DNA of 64,000 nucleotides, taken from Thecamonas trahens ATCC 50062 (Eukaryota; Protista; Apusomonadida). A program made the translations under genes and the position numbers. The stretch lies in NCBI RefSeq assembly GCF_000142905.1, contig NW_013657623.1, positions 70,494-134,493 of the forward strand. The letters are read 5' to 3'. Below, piece after piece: positions 44,336-56,359 of the stretch; within the stretch, counting starts at the first letter, position 1, and the number at the start of each line of letters is the position of its first letter. The notes beneath the pieces were generated by a model. That model saw nothing but the letters and a program-made list of their open reading frames with translations. It did not search any database and was not told the DNA's origin.

Positions 44336-47300
44336 CTAGAGGGTGCGGATGGGAATGGCAGTAGCAGGTGGAGACACAATCTGCGAGGAGAATGATGTCG
44401 ATGACGATGAGGACGGCGATGAGTCCGAGTCGGAGCAGAGCGATGAGGACGACGAGTTGCTCGAGTCAGACGAGCGAGACTGGGTGCGCGATTGTGTGGG
44501 GGCACAACTACAGCGTCAGCCGCGATGGGCTGCATGACGGCGGAAGTGTAGAGCTCGGTCTGGACGGATGCGCTCATAATCGCGGGCGCCGAGTCGGCTG
44601 AGGCAGTCGACGGCGTGTCGTTGGACGACGATAGCTCGTGACAAGCGAGCTGCGCGTTCGAAACAAAGGTGACTGCTGATGGCCGTGCCGCAAACAGAAC
44701 CACTGCCATGGTATCAAATCGAATGATCGAGCCGGTCAGCCGTTCGCCGAAGTCGAGCGGTGGTGGCGGTGGCTCTGCAAGCCAAGTTGGAAGCGATGGG
44801 CCCAGAGCATGTTCCGGCCGGGCCACAAGCTCATCAAACGACACATCGAGGAGAAGGAGCGAGGTGCCAACGGCAGCCAGTGGTGCCGCGATGCCATGGG
44901 CTCGGCCAGAGGTGGCAAAGACGATGACACCCGCTTCGCGACTTGTGGCAAGCTCGCGGACTTCCACGGGAGCGGCAGCAAGCGGAAAGCGAACGGCGAC
45001 CACGACAAGGACGTCTGAGCGATTCTCCGCTATGGTGATAGACTCGGCGGCCATACTGGCCACAAGGGCGGTCCGGACAGCGCCTGGCGGATAGACAACA
45101 GCTTCGATCGGGGACGGCGAGGAGACGAGGGCGTGCACATCGAGTCCGGGCACAAGCGACGACATACTCAGCTGGTTCAAGAGATCCGCATCCAGCCAGG
45201 CAGCTGCGACCGGATCGACCTCAGCGTCGACCACTAATCCACTGAGTGGATGGACTACGAGATGGGCATGGATCTTGCCCAGTTGCGTTCCAAGATGGCT
45301 GCAGACAGCAGCACGCTTCTCAACTAGCTCGGTCTCGAACGGGCCGAGCGTTTGCAGGGGCGTTGGAGGAATGACGACGCTGTCCGCAGTGTGGCGGAGG
45401 CCAGAAGTTAGATCGCGGAAGAAAAACGTGAGCCGGTAGCGTCCAGAGGCCTCCGATGTGGCGCCGGCAGGCACCATGTGCACATCACCATCAACAAGAT
45501 GCGGGACAAAGCCGATGGCAAAGGTGCTGTGCGGGTTGTCGAGCCGGATATTGGAGTTGCCAGGCGACGGTGACGGCGCCACTTTCCGCAACGCGCGGCG
45601 TGTAAAGCCCCGGTGCGTGCTTGTTGACGGCTGCACCTCTATCAGCGACAATCCAAACTGGCCGCGCGACGGCGTCGGCCGGTAGTGCGTGACCCAGACG
45701 AACGCCGTCAACCGCGCATCGGACGAGGAGTTGGCCGAGGCAAACGGCGTGATGGCCACCTTGCGCGGCGGAAGCTGCATGTGGCGCAGCAGTGGGTCTA
45801 TACTGGCTGGTTGAGCCTTGGCGGCTTCTGCGAGCTTCGGCACGCAGTCGGAGATAGGAAGGCGAAGCAGCGAGCGCGGCGGAATACCAAAGAACGAGAC
45901 ATCGCCGTCCATGCCCACGATTGTACGCGAGTTGGCCGAGACCTCAAGCACACAGCGGCGGACAAGGCCTGGTGCATTCAGACTCCGCTCCAGGGCTTCC
46001 AGCTCGATAAACTCGCCCGTCTCGATAAAGTGTGCAAGCTGTGGAAGGAGCTGAATGATCTCTGGCCGGATGATAAAGATGAGCGAGCGCGAGCGCTGTG
46101 CCTCATCAGTGATCGACGCCACTAGCCGCGCAAATACAACCGCGTAGACCAAGCCCAGAAAGACAAGCTGGCTCACAATGATGGCGACGGCAATGATGCG
46201 GACAACGTGCAACTCGGCAGCATATGCATCGCCGATGATGGTGACAGCTTCTTCCAGCAGGGCATTAAGCTGGCTATCTTCAAGCGCAGCAAGCTCGTCC
46301 GCGACGTCGTGGACAACCAGCGAGGCATTGGTTGAGGTGAGGTTGGCCGAGAGCGTGTGAAGCGCATGGGCCTGACTAACATAGCCTGCAAGCAAGGTGT
46401 CGAGGCCGCGAGCGTACATCAGATTGTCAAGGGCGGGAAACTGGCCATCGGTACCGGCCGCTGCAGCGTTGCCGTACTTGACAAACATGTGCGCGTCCCA
46501 GAGAGCATTGGCTGATTCGACGAGTGCACCTCGGACGCTCTCGATGTCGGGGACGGAGATGGATGTCTTGAGTGGGTTGATACCAAGAGCACGTTGCGCG
46601 TGGATGCTGAGTTGGTAGGCGCTGAAATGAATGGCAGCGGCGTGGTACCGGCGGATGCCAGCCTTGTTGATAGTGGACCCGTGCGAGCGGACCGAAGAGG
46701 CGTAGATCAAGCCTACAACAAGAAACGCTAACGACAATGTTGCCAGAACCACCAATGCACCAGTGATTCGGTAGAAGACTCGATGGAGTATGGAAAGGCG
46801 ACCGCCCGAAGTGATGCCGGCGTGGCGCAGTCGACTCCGCGCGGCTGCGGCGTTGTGTGAGCTTGACAGGACTGTTCCGCCCGAGCCTGCTCCGCCGGTG
46901 TCCGAGCCGTTGCCGTCGATGGTCGAGTCGCAGGAAGACACATCCGCGTCGATATGAATGCTCAGCATGCCGGCGTCAAGACCGTCAGTGGGGCCGTTGG
47001 TGTCTGAGAGCTGGGCGTGGCGTTGATCAAAGTCAGCAAGCGCTGTCGAGAACTCGTTCGAGACCTCGGCGGCGATGGCTGGTGGGATGGTGGAGAAGAG
47101 ACGGAACGACTCTCGTTGCTCGTAACGCAGTGCTCGATGCGACGGGTAGAGCACAGCACCACCAATAATGATGACGGTGACTACAGAGGCAATGCACACC
47201 ACGAGCTGTGTTGTGCGAAGCGAGTTAACAGCGGCGCGGATGCTGGCCACAAACAGAGCGCCGCCGCGACCAAAGGCGGCACCAAGCTCACCAGTACCAC

Positions 47301-50300
47301 CAAAGCCGCGGATGTTGTCACGAACAAAAAGGACGTCCGAGTCGATGTTCGACACGGAGATAGGCCAGGGGGCCAGGGGGCGGGAGGCCACAGAGCGAAC
47401 AGATGCAATCAGCTCGGCACCGGCGTCCCAGAGAGATCGCTGTCGCGTGGTACGGACGACGGTGCCAGAAGTCGGTTTGTGCACGGCGTAAATGACCGGG
47501 ATGTACGGTGAGCGCCAGAGGGCGTCCAGTTGAGGCGATGAAAGTCGTGCCGAGCCATACGTTTTGCGGTACATTCGGGACATATGGTCGCTAAGCGTGT
47601 CCGCGAGGGTGGCGAGGACACCAGCATGCTCGGCGGCATGGTCACGGTCGATCCGCGAGGCGAAATCTTGCTGAACATGTGTTGTATGGAGATCCATCGA
47701 GAGCGAGAGCTTGCGCATGCGACCGTACGTGTTCATCATACGGAGCTTTTCGTCAAAGTCCTTGTACTGCGCAATAAGAAAAGCAAAGCCGATGACAAAG
47801 AGCAGGCCAAGAACGGCCGATGCGACGCGGAGCGACCAGCGGAGGCGGAGCACAGCGCGTGACTTGGCAGAGAGCGCGCGTTGCCGGGCAGCCCGATACC
47901 GGCGCAGGGTCTGATGGGCAATGCCCGACGAAATGGGCGACGAAATCCCACTTTGCGATCCCGAGTCGGAGCTGCGGAGCGAAGACAAGCTATTGCGGGA
48001 GAAAAGGGCAGCGCGCGGTCGGCGGCCGGTGGACTGGGGAACCCGAGAGCTGCTCTCGGACAAACTGGCGTTGGTGCGGTCGACGATCGACGGGGCAGAC
48101 GACTCAGTCCAGGATGTTGCCACCAGTGTCTGGCGAGTGACGGACGAGACACCAGCTTCTGCCCGATGCGGCGAGGCAGACGCCGGTCGGGGCCGCACGG
48201 ACGGCGGCGATGACGGTAGCGAGCGGCGGGAGCCGGGAGGCCGCCTCCGGCGTCGTGCTTCGGTATCAGAGGTGGCACTAGAAGGCGACAATTTGGAAAC
48301 GCCGGACGCCGACGAGGAGCTGCTCCTGATGGGATGGTGGCCGCTGGTCGAAACGCTGGCAGAGGCGCGGTGACGGGTGCGGGAAGAGGTGCGAGCGTGG
48401 ATAATGCGGTGAGATGAAGTGCCTCGTGGCGGTGTCGAGTCTCGCGTTGGCGAGCCGATGACCAAGCGTTGGAACTTGGACGCGCGACCACCGTTGAGAG
48501 CGACTGAGGCCCGCGAAATCTTGCGATCAATGACCGCGTGGTAGCTTTGCCGCATCCGCGAGGAGCCTGGGAGCGATGAAACTGAGCCGCGGCGGGAGTG
48601 ACTCGCGCTGGGCACACCCTCTGAACTGAGAGAGGCGGACCGACACGAGGCCGAGGCCTCTGCGACAGAGCGGCCGGCCTTATCGTTGGCGGCTGCAGCT
48701 GCGTATGACTCTGCACGAGCGCGGAAGGCGTCGGCCACCTCATAGTTGCGATCAAAGTGCTCGACAAAGTCGGCGTAGATATTCAGAAGATCATACGAGT
48801 ACGAGAAGCGGGTGAGAAGCTGGGCGTAGGCGGCTTTGGCGGCGGCCCTGGCGGCAGTGAGGGCCGATACGAGGTCAGAAAAGGCGTCGGCGTCGACGTC
48901 AGCGTCCTGGATGAGGACCCAGAGGCGATGGGTAAGCGAGAGGGCGTGGCGATGAGCGATAGAGGCGACGTTAAAGTGCTCCTCAAACTCGACAAACGAG
49001 GCGACGTCCAGTCCGCCGTGGACAGCACCACCGCCGCGGGCCTCGTTGAGAAGCGAGCGTTCAAAGGCGTAGACGGCGTAGCGGGCATCGAGTGACGAAG
49101 TCATGCTCTTGGTGGCACGGGCGGCAGTGAGGGCGGCGGCGGCGGCCTGGGGCGAAAAGGCGGTGGTGTAGAGTGCGTAGGTGACGCGGACGACGGTCGA
49201 TTGCGGATACAGCTCGGTGCCAAGCTCAAAGAGCGCCGCCGCATGGTGGTCGTATACCTTGGCAAGGGCATGGAGCGAGGCAAGCGGATCATCTGGATCC
49301 GAGGCAGCATCCGAGGCATGGGCAGCTCGCACGCGAGCGCTGAGGTAAATACGCACAGCACGCTCGACAGCGCGCGGCGAGGAGAGAAACGACCGGCGGA
49401 GGGCGGCACCGAGACGAGCAGCCTCTGCGGCAGCGGCGGTGTCGCCACTTAGCGGATCAATTTGAGTTGCATGCGGAAGTGAGAAGACCGTGTCACTAAG
49501 AGGAACGGTTGTGGCGCTGGCCTGGAGGGCCTGTACCCACTCTGGGAGACGATCGAGGCGACGACAGATGCTGGCTTCCAGGCGAGAGAGGCGGAGGCGG
49601 ACGAGGGCAGCGGCAGCCAGGGCAAGAGCGAGGGCGGAGGACGGGATGAGGTAGATGGGCCATGACGCGGTGCGTGAGGCATTGACAACGGCGATGGCGG
49701 CACCAACGGCAGCACCGAGAAGCGCACCGTAGGCGGCACCGACGGCAGTGTTGGTTGTGGCCGAGTAGTATGGCAGGCGAGTGAGGTGAAAGTAGAGGAG
49801 AAAGGCAAAGACAACAACGATGATTGTAGCCTTGATCTCAGCGAGCGAGTCGGGCGGTGGGATGCGAAAGGTGGCGGCGATGATCGACTTTGCGGTGAGG
49901 AGGAGGAGGGAGCAGCGGCCGAGCGGGCGGGCAAAGACGTCGGGTGAGTGCGGCCGCGGATCAAAGTAGACAAGGGCCATAGGCAGGGCCATAGCAAGCA
50001 GGGCAACAAGAATGGTGGCGGCGGAGACGGCCAGGCCGAGCCCCCACCCGGTGTAGCACTTTGTGTCGGGATCGAGGAGCCAGCCGTACGAATGGGCGGC
50101 GTCGGGGCCCTCGGTGGCGACGCATGCGAGCGGAATGAGAAGCAGCTGAATGATGGGAATGTAGAAGATGGTGAGGGTGGGCATGACAAATATGTTGAGG
50201 GTGGTGATGGGCCAGGTGAGCTGGGCGCCGCGTCCAGTGGAGAAGGCGTGCATGACAGCTAGAAGATTGCCAAAGACAGCGAGGAGGAAGACGACCACAA

Positions 50301-50610
50301 CACCGCCGAGAGCGAGGAACATCGGTCGCGAGAGGAGGACCAAGGCGAGTGAGACTATGGAGAGATCGTCGACATCGGGATGGACTGATGAGGCAAGCGC
50401 TTCCGTCGGCGAGTGCGCCATGGGAAAGGCAGCGTGAAAGGCAAAGGCCATCAGCTGGGCCATATCAATGGTGAACACTGCGGCGGCCCGCCACGCCGGT
50501 GGTGGCGATCGGGCCTGGTGCATGGCATAGAGGGCGGCAAAGAGTCCGTCCTGCACGCTCTTTGCCCACTTGCGAAGCCCGCGGACCATAGTGTCTGGTC
50601 CGGAGAGCAT
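44336..50610 (-). CDS. TmcB/TmcC (tiny macrocyst)-like polytopic sensor protein; true stop at 44336 after a one-base frameshift at 44498-44502
   Basis: N-terminal TM block (IDMAQL, FYIPIIQLLL..C, KCY, PHSPDVFARP.GR, LPYY), TPR-like YAQLLTRF..LLNIYADFVE, two TM-flanked sensor modules, possible degenerate PAS-like region. Confidence 0.75.
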
Positions 50611-51211
50611 GGCGAGGGAGGAGCAAGTGAGGTGCGGGTGAGGGGGGAGGTGAGGTGCGGAAGCCCTCGAGGTGCGGGACAGAGAGCCGGGAGATTGCGT
50701 GGAGCAATATGTGGACAGAAATTTTTTCTCGCTAGGATTGGACTTTCTGCATATGTGGAGAAGGTGTCTACAGGGGATGGCGAACAGGTTTGGATGTTGG
50801 GCTGGAAGGAAAGGTTGAGGATGCAGATGAGGTGGTGATGTTGTTATGAATGGGTGGCTTATCTGTGAGAGCTGGGCTTGACGAGGGTTGCGGAGGAAGT
50901 AGCTCCCGACAAAAAAACAATGTCATCGTTTCTGGTCAACTCTGGGATTGACACAGAGGATGACGTGCTGGCGAAGTGGTTGTGCCGTGCACCCGCCCAT
51001 TTGGCTCTCACTTGTCTTGCAGGAGGCGGCAGCGGGTGTCGGCAGCAGCACGGTTAGCGAGGCATAGGAGAGGGAGGAGCCAAGACCGAGTCGCGCGAGC
51101 TTGCACACAAGGTGGACAAGGGCTGACGCAAGTAGTGGCGGGGATTGGGCTGAAGGAAGCGGAGGAAAGCGTGTGCAAGGAGGCGGCGCGGACAGCAGGC
51201 GGCGGCGAGCG

Positions 51212-52795
51212 ATGGATGCCGCTGGCGGAGCAGGTGGCGATGTGCTGGCAGGCCGAGTGGGGATGTGGGGTCGGATGCGGGGGCGGATGGCGGGAATGAG
51301 GGCGATGGTGGGAGCGATGAACCCCAACGTACGACTGTATCTGTTGTTTACGGTCTTGTGGCGTGTGACCGGCTCGCTCTCGCTCCGCAACGTCATGTCC
51401 ATCTACGTCTACTTGCTCTCGGGCGGATCCAACTCGACGGTGGGGCTCATTTCGGGCCTCAACGGAGTGGTCAACCTCGCGCTGGCGCTGCCTGCCGGGT
51501 ACTTTGCGGACAAGGTGTCGCGGCAGCTGCTGCTGCGGATTGCCGGCGGAGTCGGGGTGGCGGCGACGCTTGTGACGGTGGTGGCTGTGGCGACGGACAA
51601 GATCTGGCTCTTCTACGCCTTTAATGCGCTCTGGGGCGCGTTTGAAGGCCTGCAGTCGGCGCCGCTCTCGGCACTATTTGCCGACTCGGTGCCGACGGGC
51701 GGGCGGTCGGGCATTTTCTCGGCGCAGTATGCGATCTCGGAGGGCTCCGAGTTTGTGGGCCCACTGCTGACGGTTCTCCTCTTTGCAGGGCTCGGTAACG
51801 ATTGGGAGGCTGGGCCGATGCGGGTGGTCATGTACCTGGGCATGGTCTTTGGCCTGGCCTCGTCGGCTTGCTTGTACTTTTTCGCCGACGATGTGGCGCT
51901 CGGGCTCGACTCTGAGGCTGTTAGTCTCGACGCTGTTCCGCTCGACGGCGAGGAGCAGGAGGAGGAGGAAGAAGACGACGATGGTGATCTTGTGGGTGAC
52001 GTATCAAGTGATGGGGCCGAGCTGGCGCTGCTTGCGACACGAGGTGACGTCGCTGGCGATGCGGAGGTCTGTGTGGTGGAAGGGACCAGGGCAGGAGCTG
52101 CGCGGCAGCGGACAACGTGCTTTGGGTTGCTCACGCCACGTGCAGTGCCGTTTCTGCTCGTAGCAACGGACCTGTGCTTTGCGTGGGGTGCCGGGATGAC
52201 TGTGGCGTACTTTTCGCTGTGGCTCACCAACGAGTACCATCTCTCGCCGATCGGGCTCTCGCTGGTGGTCATTGCCGGGTGCTTTGCCACGATTGCGTCC
52301 ACGACGGGTGCACAGCGGATCTCGCAGTGGTTTGGGCGGCTGCAAACGTCAATCACGTTCAAGTTTTCGGGCATTGCTTGCCTCGTCACGCTCTCGATCA
52401 TCCAGCCGCTGTGGCTCATTGTGGTGCTGTTTGTGGTGCGTGTGGCGTTCGCGCGTGCGGGCGTCCCGCTCGACCGGTCAATTGTGATGGACGTGGTGAG
52501 CAAGGAGATGCGCGGGCGGTGGAACACGTTTGAGGCCATCGGCGCAGTCTCGTTCACGGGCTCGGCCGTGATCGGCGGATACTTGGTCGACGCGACGTCG
52601 TATCGGACCACGTTTCTTATTACGGCAGCACTGTACAGCGCTGGGACCTCGATCCTCATCCCGATCCTGCCGTTTGTGCCGCGGTCCGAGAAGGTGCTGC
52701 GGATGTCGACCGGGTATGCTGCAGTGGGCGAGGGTGAGGGCGAGGGCCAAGCTGACGGCGGAACGAGCGGGGGCAGTGAACTCGAGGATGACTGA
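51212..52795 (+). CDS. Major facilitator superfamily transporter
   Basis: About 12 TMs, motif A PAGYFADKVSRQ, ALFADSVPTGGRS, MDVVSKEMRGRW, GGYLVD. Confidence 0.9.
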   Translation: MDAAGGAGGDVLAGRVGMWGRMRGRMAGMRAMVGAMNPNVRLYLLFTVLWRVTGSLSLRNVMSIYVYLLSGGSNSTVGLISGLNGVVNLALALPAGYFADKVSRQLLLRIAGGVGVAATLVTVVAVATDKIWLFYAFNALWGAFEGLQSAPLSALFADSVPTGGRSGIFSAQYAISEGSEFVGPLLTVLLFAGLGNDWEAGPMRVVMYLGMVFGLASSACLYFFADDVALGLDSEAVSLDAVPLDGEEQEEEEEDDDGDLVGDVSSDGAELALLATRGDVAGDAEVCVVEGTRAGAARQRTTCFGLLTPRAVPFLLVATDLCFAWGAGMTVAYFSLWLTNEYHLSPIGLSLVVIAGCFATIASTTGAQRISQWFGRLQTSITFKFSGIACLVTLSIIQPLWLIVVLFVVRVAFARAGVPLDRSIVMDVVSKEMRGRWNTFEAIGAVSFTGSAVIGGYLVDATSYRTTFLITAALYSAGTSILIPILPFVPRSEKVLRMSTGYAAVGEGEGEGQADGGTSGGSELEDD

Positions 52796-52965
52796 TATTC
52801 CCTAAACGCATTAGGGCTCTCTCTGACGTCCATCGAGATGCCGAGCGGTAGGTGGCTGAGGCGTACAGGTGGCCATGTTGTTGGTTTTCGGAGGGCGTGC
52901 TGAAAACGTACGGGTGTCGGGTCATATGAGGCATGGATGCAAGCACTGGCGCTGACTTTCATGGC

Positions 52966-54108
52966 TCATCCGGCAATGGCAAGGAGCGCGCCGCCGCCAA
53001 GGACGACGACGGCGGCGACCCAAAAGTGGACGACGCGGCGGCGATCCGGAAGCTCATGATAGAGGAGCCAGCCCCAGATGCCCGAGACGAGGAGGGCAAG
53101 CTGGACAAGCGGAAAGCCAATGGTGAGGCCTAGGTAGAGGGTGGCATAAGTGGCGCAAAAGTTGCCGATGGACCAGAGGCAGCCCGAGGCGAGGCCCGGG
53201 CCGACTGCGACACGAAAGTGGATGTTAGGGACGGTACGGGTGGCGAGCGACCAGATGGCAAAGTAGATCGGGGTGATGATAGCGACGCCGACCGAGAACG
53301 AAATCACGTACACAATGCCGGTGGCCTCGGATGGAGTCTTGCGGAGTGGGACCATCATCGAGCCGTTGAACAGGCCGACGCCGAGGCAGTAGGCAAAACC
53401 ACGAATGCGCTGGCGGAGGGTCGGCTCGGACGGGCCGTCGATGATCGGCTCTGCAGTGGCGCCGGCCTCAGCGGCGGCAGCCGGATCGGAGCTGGCATCG
53501 GCGTCGGTAGCTGTCACAGCATCGGCGTCGGTTGGGATGAGGACAGGCGCCGGGAGAACCGGCAGGAGCGTCCCGTGGTCGTCGGTGGCGGCATCGGCGA
53601 TAGCGCCGAGAGGCTTGGGCGAGGTCGATATCGGCGCGGAGACAGCAAAGCCGAGCTTGGCATGTAGCGCCCGAGCAGCTTCCGAGTGTACACAGGCCAG
53701 GGCAGCGAGGCCGAGGAGAAGGACGGCGAGAGCTAGGAGAGCGAGGCCCATGTTGGCCACATCATCGCCAAAGATAAAGGCACCCCAGAAGAAGGAGACG
53801 CAGATGGAGGCGCCGGACCAAGCAGAGAAGCCGACAGTGAGGCCGACATCGCCGATAGCAGCAAGAGCAAGCAGATTTGCCGGGAGCCAGAGCGCAGCGC
53901 CGGCAACGCCCCACCAGGTAAAGACAAAGTCGTTGTAGAGGAGGACGAGCCAGGAGGAGAAGATGGCTACTGCGTAGTAGAGCTGGAAGACGGCACCAGG
54001 CACACCAGCAGCCACCACGCCAGGCGTCTTGACAGGCATCCCCGTCGAGCCAAAGGCAAGCACAGCCCCTGCAACTGCAAGATATCCATACGTCGTGTCA
54101 GAGACCAT
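52966..54108 (-). CDS. TMEM144: TMEM144-like DMT-superfamily transporter
   Basis: FGSTGMPVK, FQLY, GLTVGFSAWS, SGCLWSIGN, GFPLVQ..SGIWGWLLYHE; 10 TMs. Confidence 0.8.
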   Translation of the reverse strand: MVSDTTYGYLAVAGAVLAFGSTGMPVKTPGVVAAGVPGAVFQLYYAVAIFSSWLVLLYNDFVFTWWGVAGAALWLPANLLALAAIGDVGLTVGFSAWSGASICVSFFWGAFIFGDDVANMGLALLALAVLLLGLAALACVHSEAARALHAKLGFAVSAPISTSPKPLGAIADAATDDHGTLLPVLPAPVLIPTDADAVTATDADASSDPAAAAEAGATAEPIIDGPSEPTLRQRIRGFAYCLGVGLFNGSMMVPLRKTPSEATGIVYVISFSVGVAIITPIYFAIWSLATRTVPNIHFRVAVGPGLASGCLWSIGNFCATYATLYLGLTIGFPLVQLALLVSGIWGWLLYHELPDRRRVVHFWVAAVVVLGGGALLAIAG

Positions 54109-54377
54109 GACCGGGTGATAGGGAGGGGGGGGGGAAGTGAGAGGGGAGGAGAGCGAAGATGGACGGATGGTGTGGTTTGGCGGGGGGGAGGGGGGGAAGG
54201 GGGGGGGAGGGGAGTAGTATGGCTGATGTGTGTGTGGGGTTGGGAGGAGGAGATCGGGGTTGGTGGTGGTGGTGATGATGGTGATGGTGGTGATGGTGGC
54301 GGTGATGGTGGTGGGGGGTGGGAATGGAGCGATGGTCATGTCTTGCCAGCCGAGGTCAAGGATCAGGTGAGGCAGGC

Positions 54378-54449
54378 TTGAGCGTAGCGTTGAGCGTAGC
54401 GTTGAGCGTAGTGTTGAGCGTAGCGTTGAGCGTAGTGTTGAGCGTAGCG
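54378..54449 (+). repeat. (TTGAGCGTAG[C/T]G)n 12-mer tandem repeat, about 6 copies
   Basis: Visible in the divergent TMEM144/Apollo interval. Confidence 0.85.
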
Positions 54450-54634
54450 ATTGTGATTGCGATTGTGATCGTGATCATAATCGTGATTGTGATTGTAACC
54501 GGACCGGAGGCGGATTGAAAGGGGGGAGGGGGGGGGTGGCAGGCGACTTGAAAAAGCGCGCCGCAGTTCGCGCGCAAACCGGACGAAGGCACCCCTCCCC
54601 ACACACACTCACACTTGTCTTGGACTTGGCGTCG

Positions 54635-56359
54635 ATGCAGGTGAACGGCCACCGTATTCCGGGCACGCCCGTGGCTGTGGACGTGTGGCGGCGAATGCGT
54701 GGGGTGTACCTGTACTTTCTCTCGCACATGCATGCCGACCACACGGTGGGCCTGGCGCCGCTGTGGGAGCACGGGAGGCTGTATACCACCCAACGGAGCG
54801 CCATCATGCTGGCGGCCAAGTACGGATTGGCCAGTCCGCGTGTGGAGATCCTGACCGAAAACGAGACGCATGTCATTCCGCTGGCCCATGGGGAGTCCAT
54901 GGCCGTCACCGTCTACAACGCCAATCATGTCGAGGGCGCTGCCATGTTCCTCTTTGACGGCTACTTTGGCCGCGTCCTCTACACTGGCGACGTCCGGGCA
55001 GACGCCGCTCTGGCCGCTGCATATGCAGGCTCTGCTCTTTGGGACGCTCTCCGTGGTGTGGATTTGCTCGTTTTGGACAATACCTACGCATCGCCTGCAT
55101 CGGGTGCCTTTCCGCCTCGTGGCGAGGCTGTGGTCGAGGTGGTGGCTGCCGCTCAGGCCGCACGCGATCGTGGCAAGCGCATTGTCCTCGCCCTCGACAC
55201 CCTCGGCAAGCAGCCTCTGCTCAACGCACTCCATGATGCTGGATTCTCCATATCGTACACAGTCGATAGGCTCAACGCCGCGCTGAGTGACGACGGCCGT
55301 CCTCACCCCGCGCCACACACTGGCCCTGGTCCGTCGGCCGTCCTCGGCGTGCCCAAGTGGAGCTTTGGTTCGTACATCAAGGCCATGGGCGATGCTGTCG
55401 TCGGCATCATGCCCTCGTGCTATCCGCCTCCCGAGTACACGGCAGCCTCTGCACCCGAAAACGTGGTCGTCATCCCCTACTCGGACCACTCGTCGTACGC
55501 CGAGCTCGAGGCCTTTGTCGCCCACGTCGCGCCGGTAGACATCATGCCCATCGTCGGCCACGTCAACACCTCGCTGCGCACTATTTTTGCCCACGTACTT
55601 CCGCCGCCGCAGCCTTCCCGTCCGCCGCCACCCATCCCGCAGGCCGTCGTCGAGGCTATGACCGCCGGCTTCATCCCGCCGCGCAGCGTCGCGCATGGCT
55701 CGCCGCCTTCATCCTCTCTGCTCGCGTTCGATGGCCTCATCAGCTACAAGCCGCCACCGCGTCGGGCGCAATTTGCCTCGCCGGCCTTTGTCTCGATTGC
55801 CAAGAAGGGCGCGCGCCTTGTTCGCCGCCGTCGCCACCGTCGCCAATCTCCCACTCAGCCCGAGCGCTCAGAATCGAGCGAAAGCGGGAGCTTAGAGTCG
55901 TTGTCGCTCCCGCCCGCCACTGCGCCCGCACCCATCCCTCCGCCCGTTTCGCGCAAGGAGCAAGCACTGCAACGGCTGCTCGCGCGGGCGGAAGCGGCCG
56001 CGCCGGCAGCAGCAGTCACGCTGGCAACTGCGTCGAGCGAGCAGCAGAGTTGCGCGCCTCCACTCCCCTCGCGCAAGAAGCAAGCACTGCAGTGGCTGTG
56101 CGCCCGGACGGAAGCGTCGCCGACAGCAGCAGCCTCATCCCGCAAGCGGATCACTCCGTGGACGCCGTCGGGCGAGCAGCGGAAGCGGGCCATGGGCACA
56201 GAGATCGGCCTCGAGCCGCCGGCCAAAAAGCCGCGGCACTTGGTGGTTAGCAGCCGCGCCTCGACCGGGCAGGCTTTGCCGCGATCAGTGCCGCCGCGCG
56301 GAATGCGGGCCGAGACCTGGGCGCGGTTCTGCGAAGTCTACGACACCATCCACAAGTAA
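54635..56359 (+). CDS. DCLRE1B: 5' exonuclease Apollo / SNM1B (MBL beta-CASP)
   Basis: IPGTPVAVDVW, FLSHMHADHTVGL, ANHVEGAAMFLFDGYFGRVLYTGD, LDNTY, IPYSDHSSYAEL. Confidence 0.9.
   Translation: MQVNGHRIPGTPVAVDVWRRMRGVYLYFLSHMHADHTVGLAPLWEHGRLYTTQRSAIMLAAKYGLASPRVEILTENETHVIPLAHGESMAVTVYNANHVEGAAMFLFDGYFGRVLYTGDVRADAALAAAYAGSALWDALRGVDLLVLDNTYASPASGAFPPRGEAVVEVVAAAQAARDRGKRIVLALDTLGKQPLLNALHDAGFSISYTVDRLNAALSDDGRPHPAPHTGPGPSAVLGVPKWSFGSYIKAMGDAVVGIMPSCYPPPEYTAASAPENVVVIPYSDHSSYAELEAFVAHVAPVDIMPIVGHVNTSLRTIFAHVLPPPQPSRPPPPIPQAVVEAMTAGFIPPRSVAHGSPPSSSLLAFDGLISYKPPPRRAQFASPAFVSIAKKGARLVRRRRHRRQSPTQPERSESSESGSLESLSLPPATAPAPIPPPVSRKEQALQRLLARAEAAAPAAAVTLATASSEQQSCAPPLPSRKKQALQWLCARTEASPTAAASSRKRITPWTPSGEQRKRAMGTEIGLEPPAKKPRHLVVSSRASTGQALPRSVPPRGMRAETWARFCEVYDTIHK

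Noticed and set aside
41713-50610. Single 2965-aa protein
   Set aside because: The junction (about 44060-44500) translates intergenic-type His/Thr/Pro microsatellites. Adding one base at 44498-44502 gives a natural stop at 44336, and a separate ATG lies at 44055.
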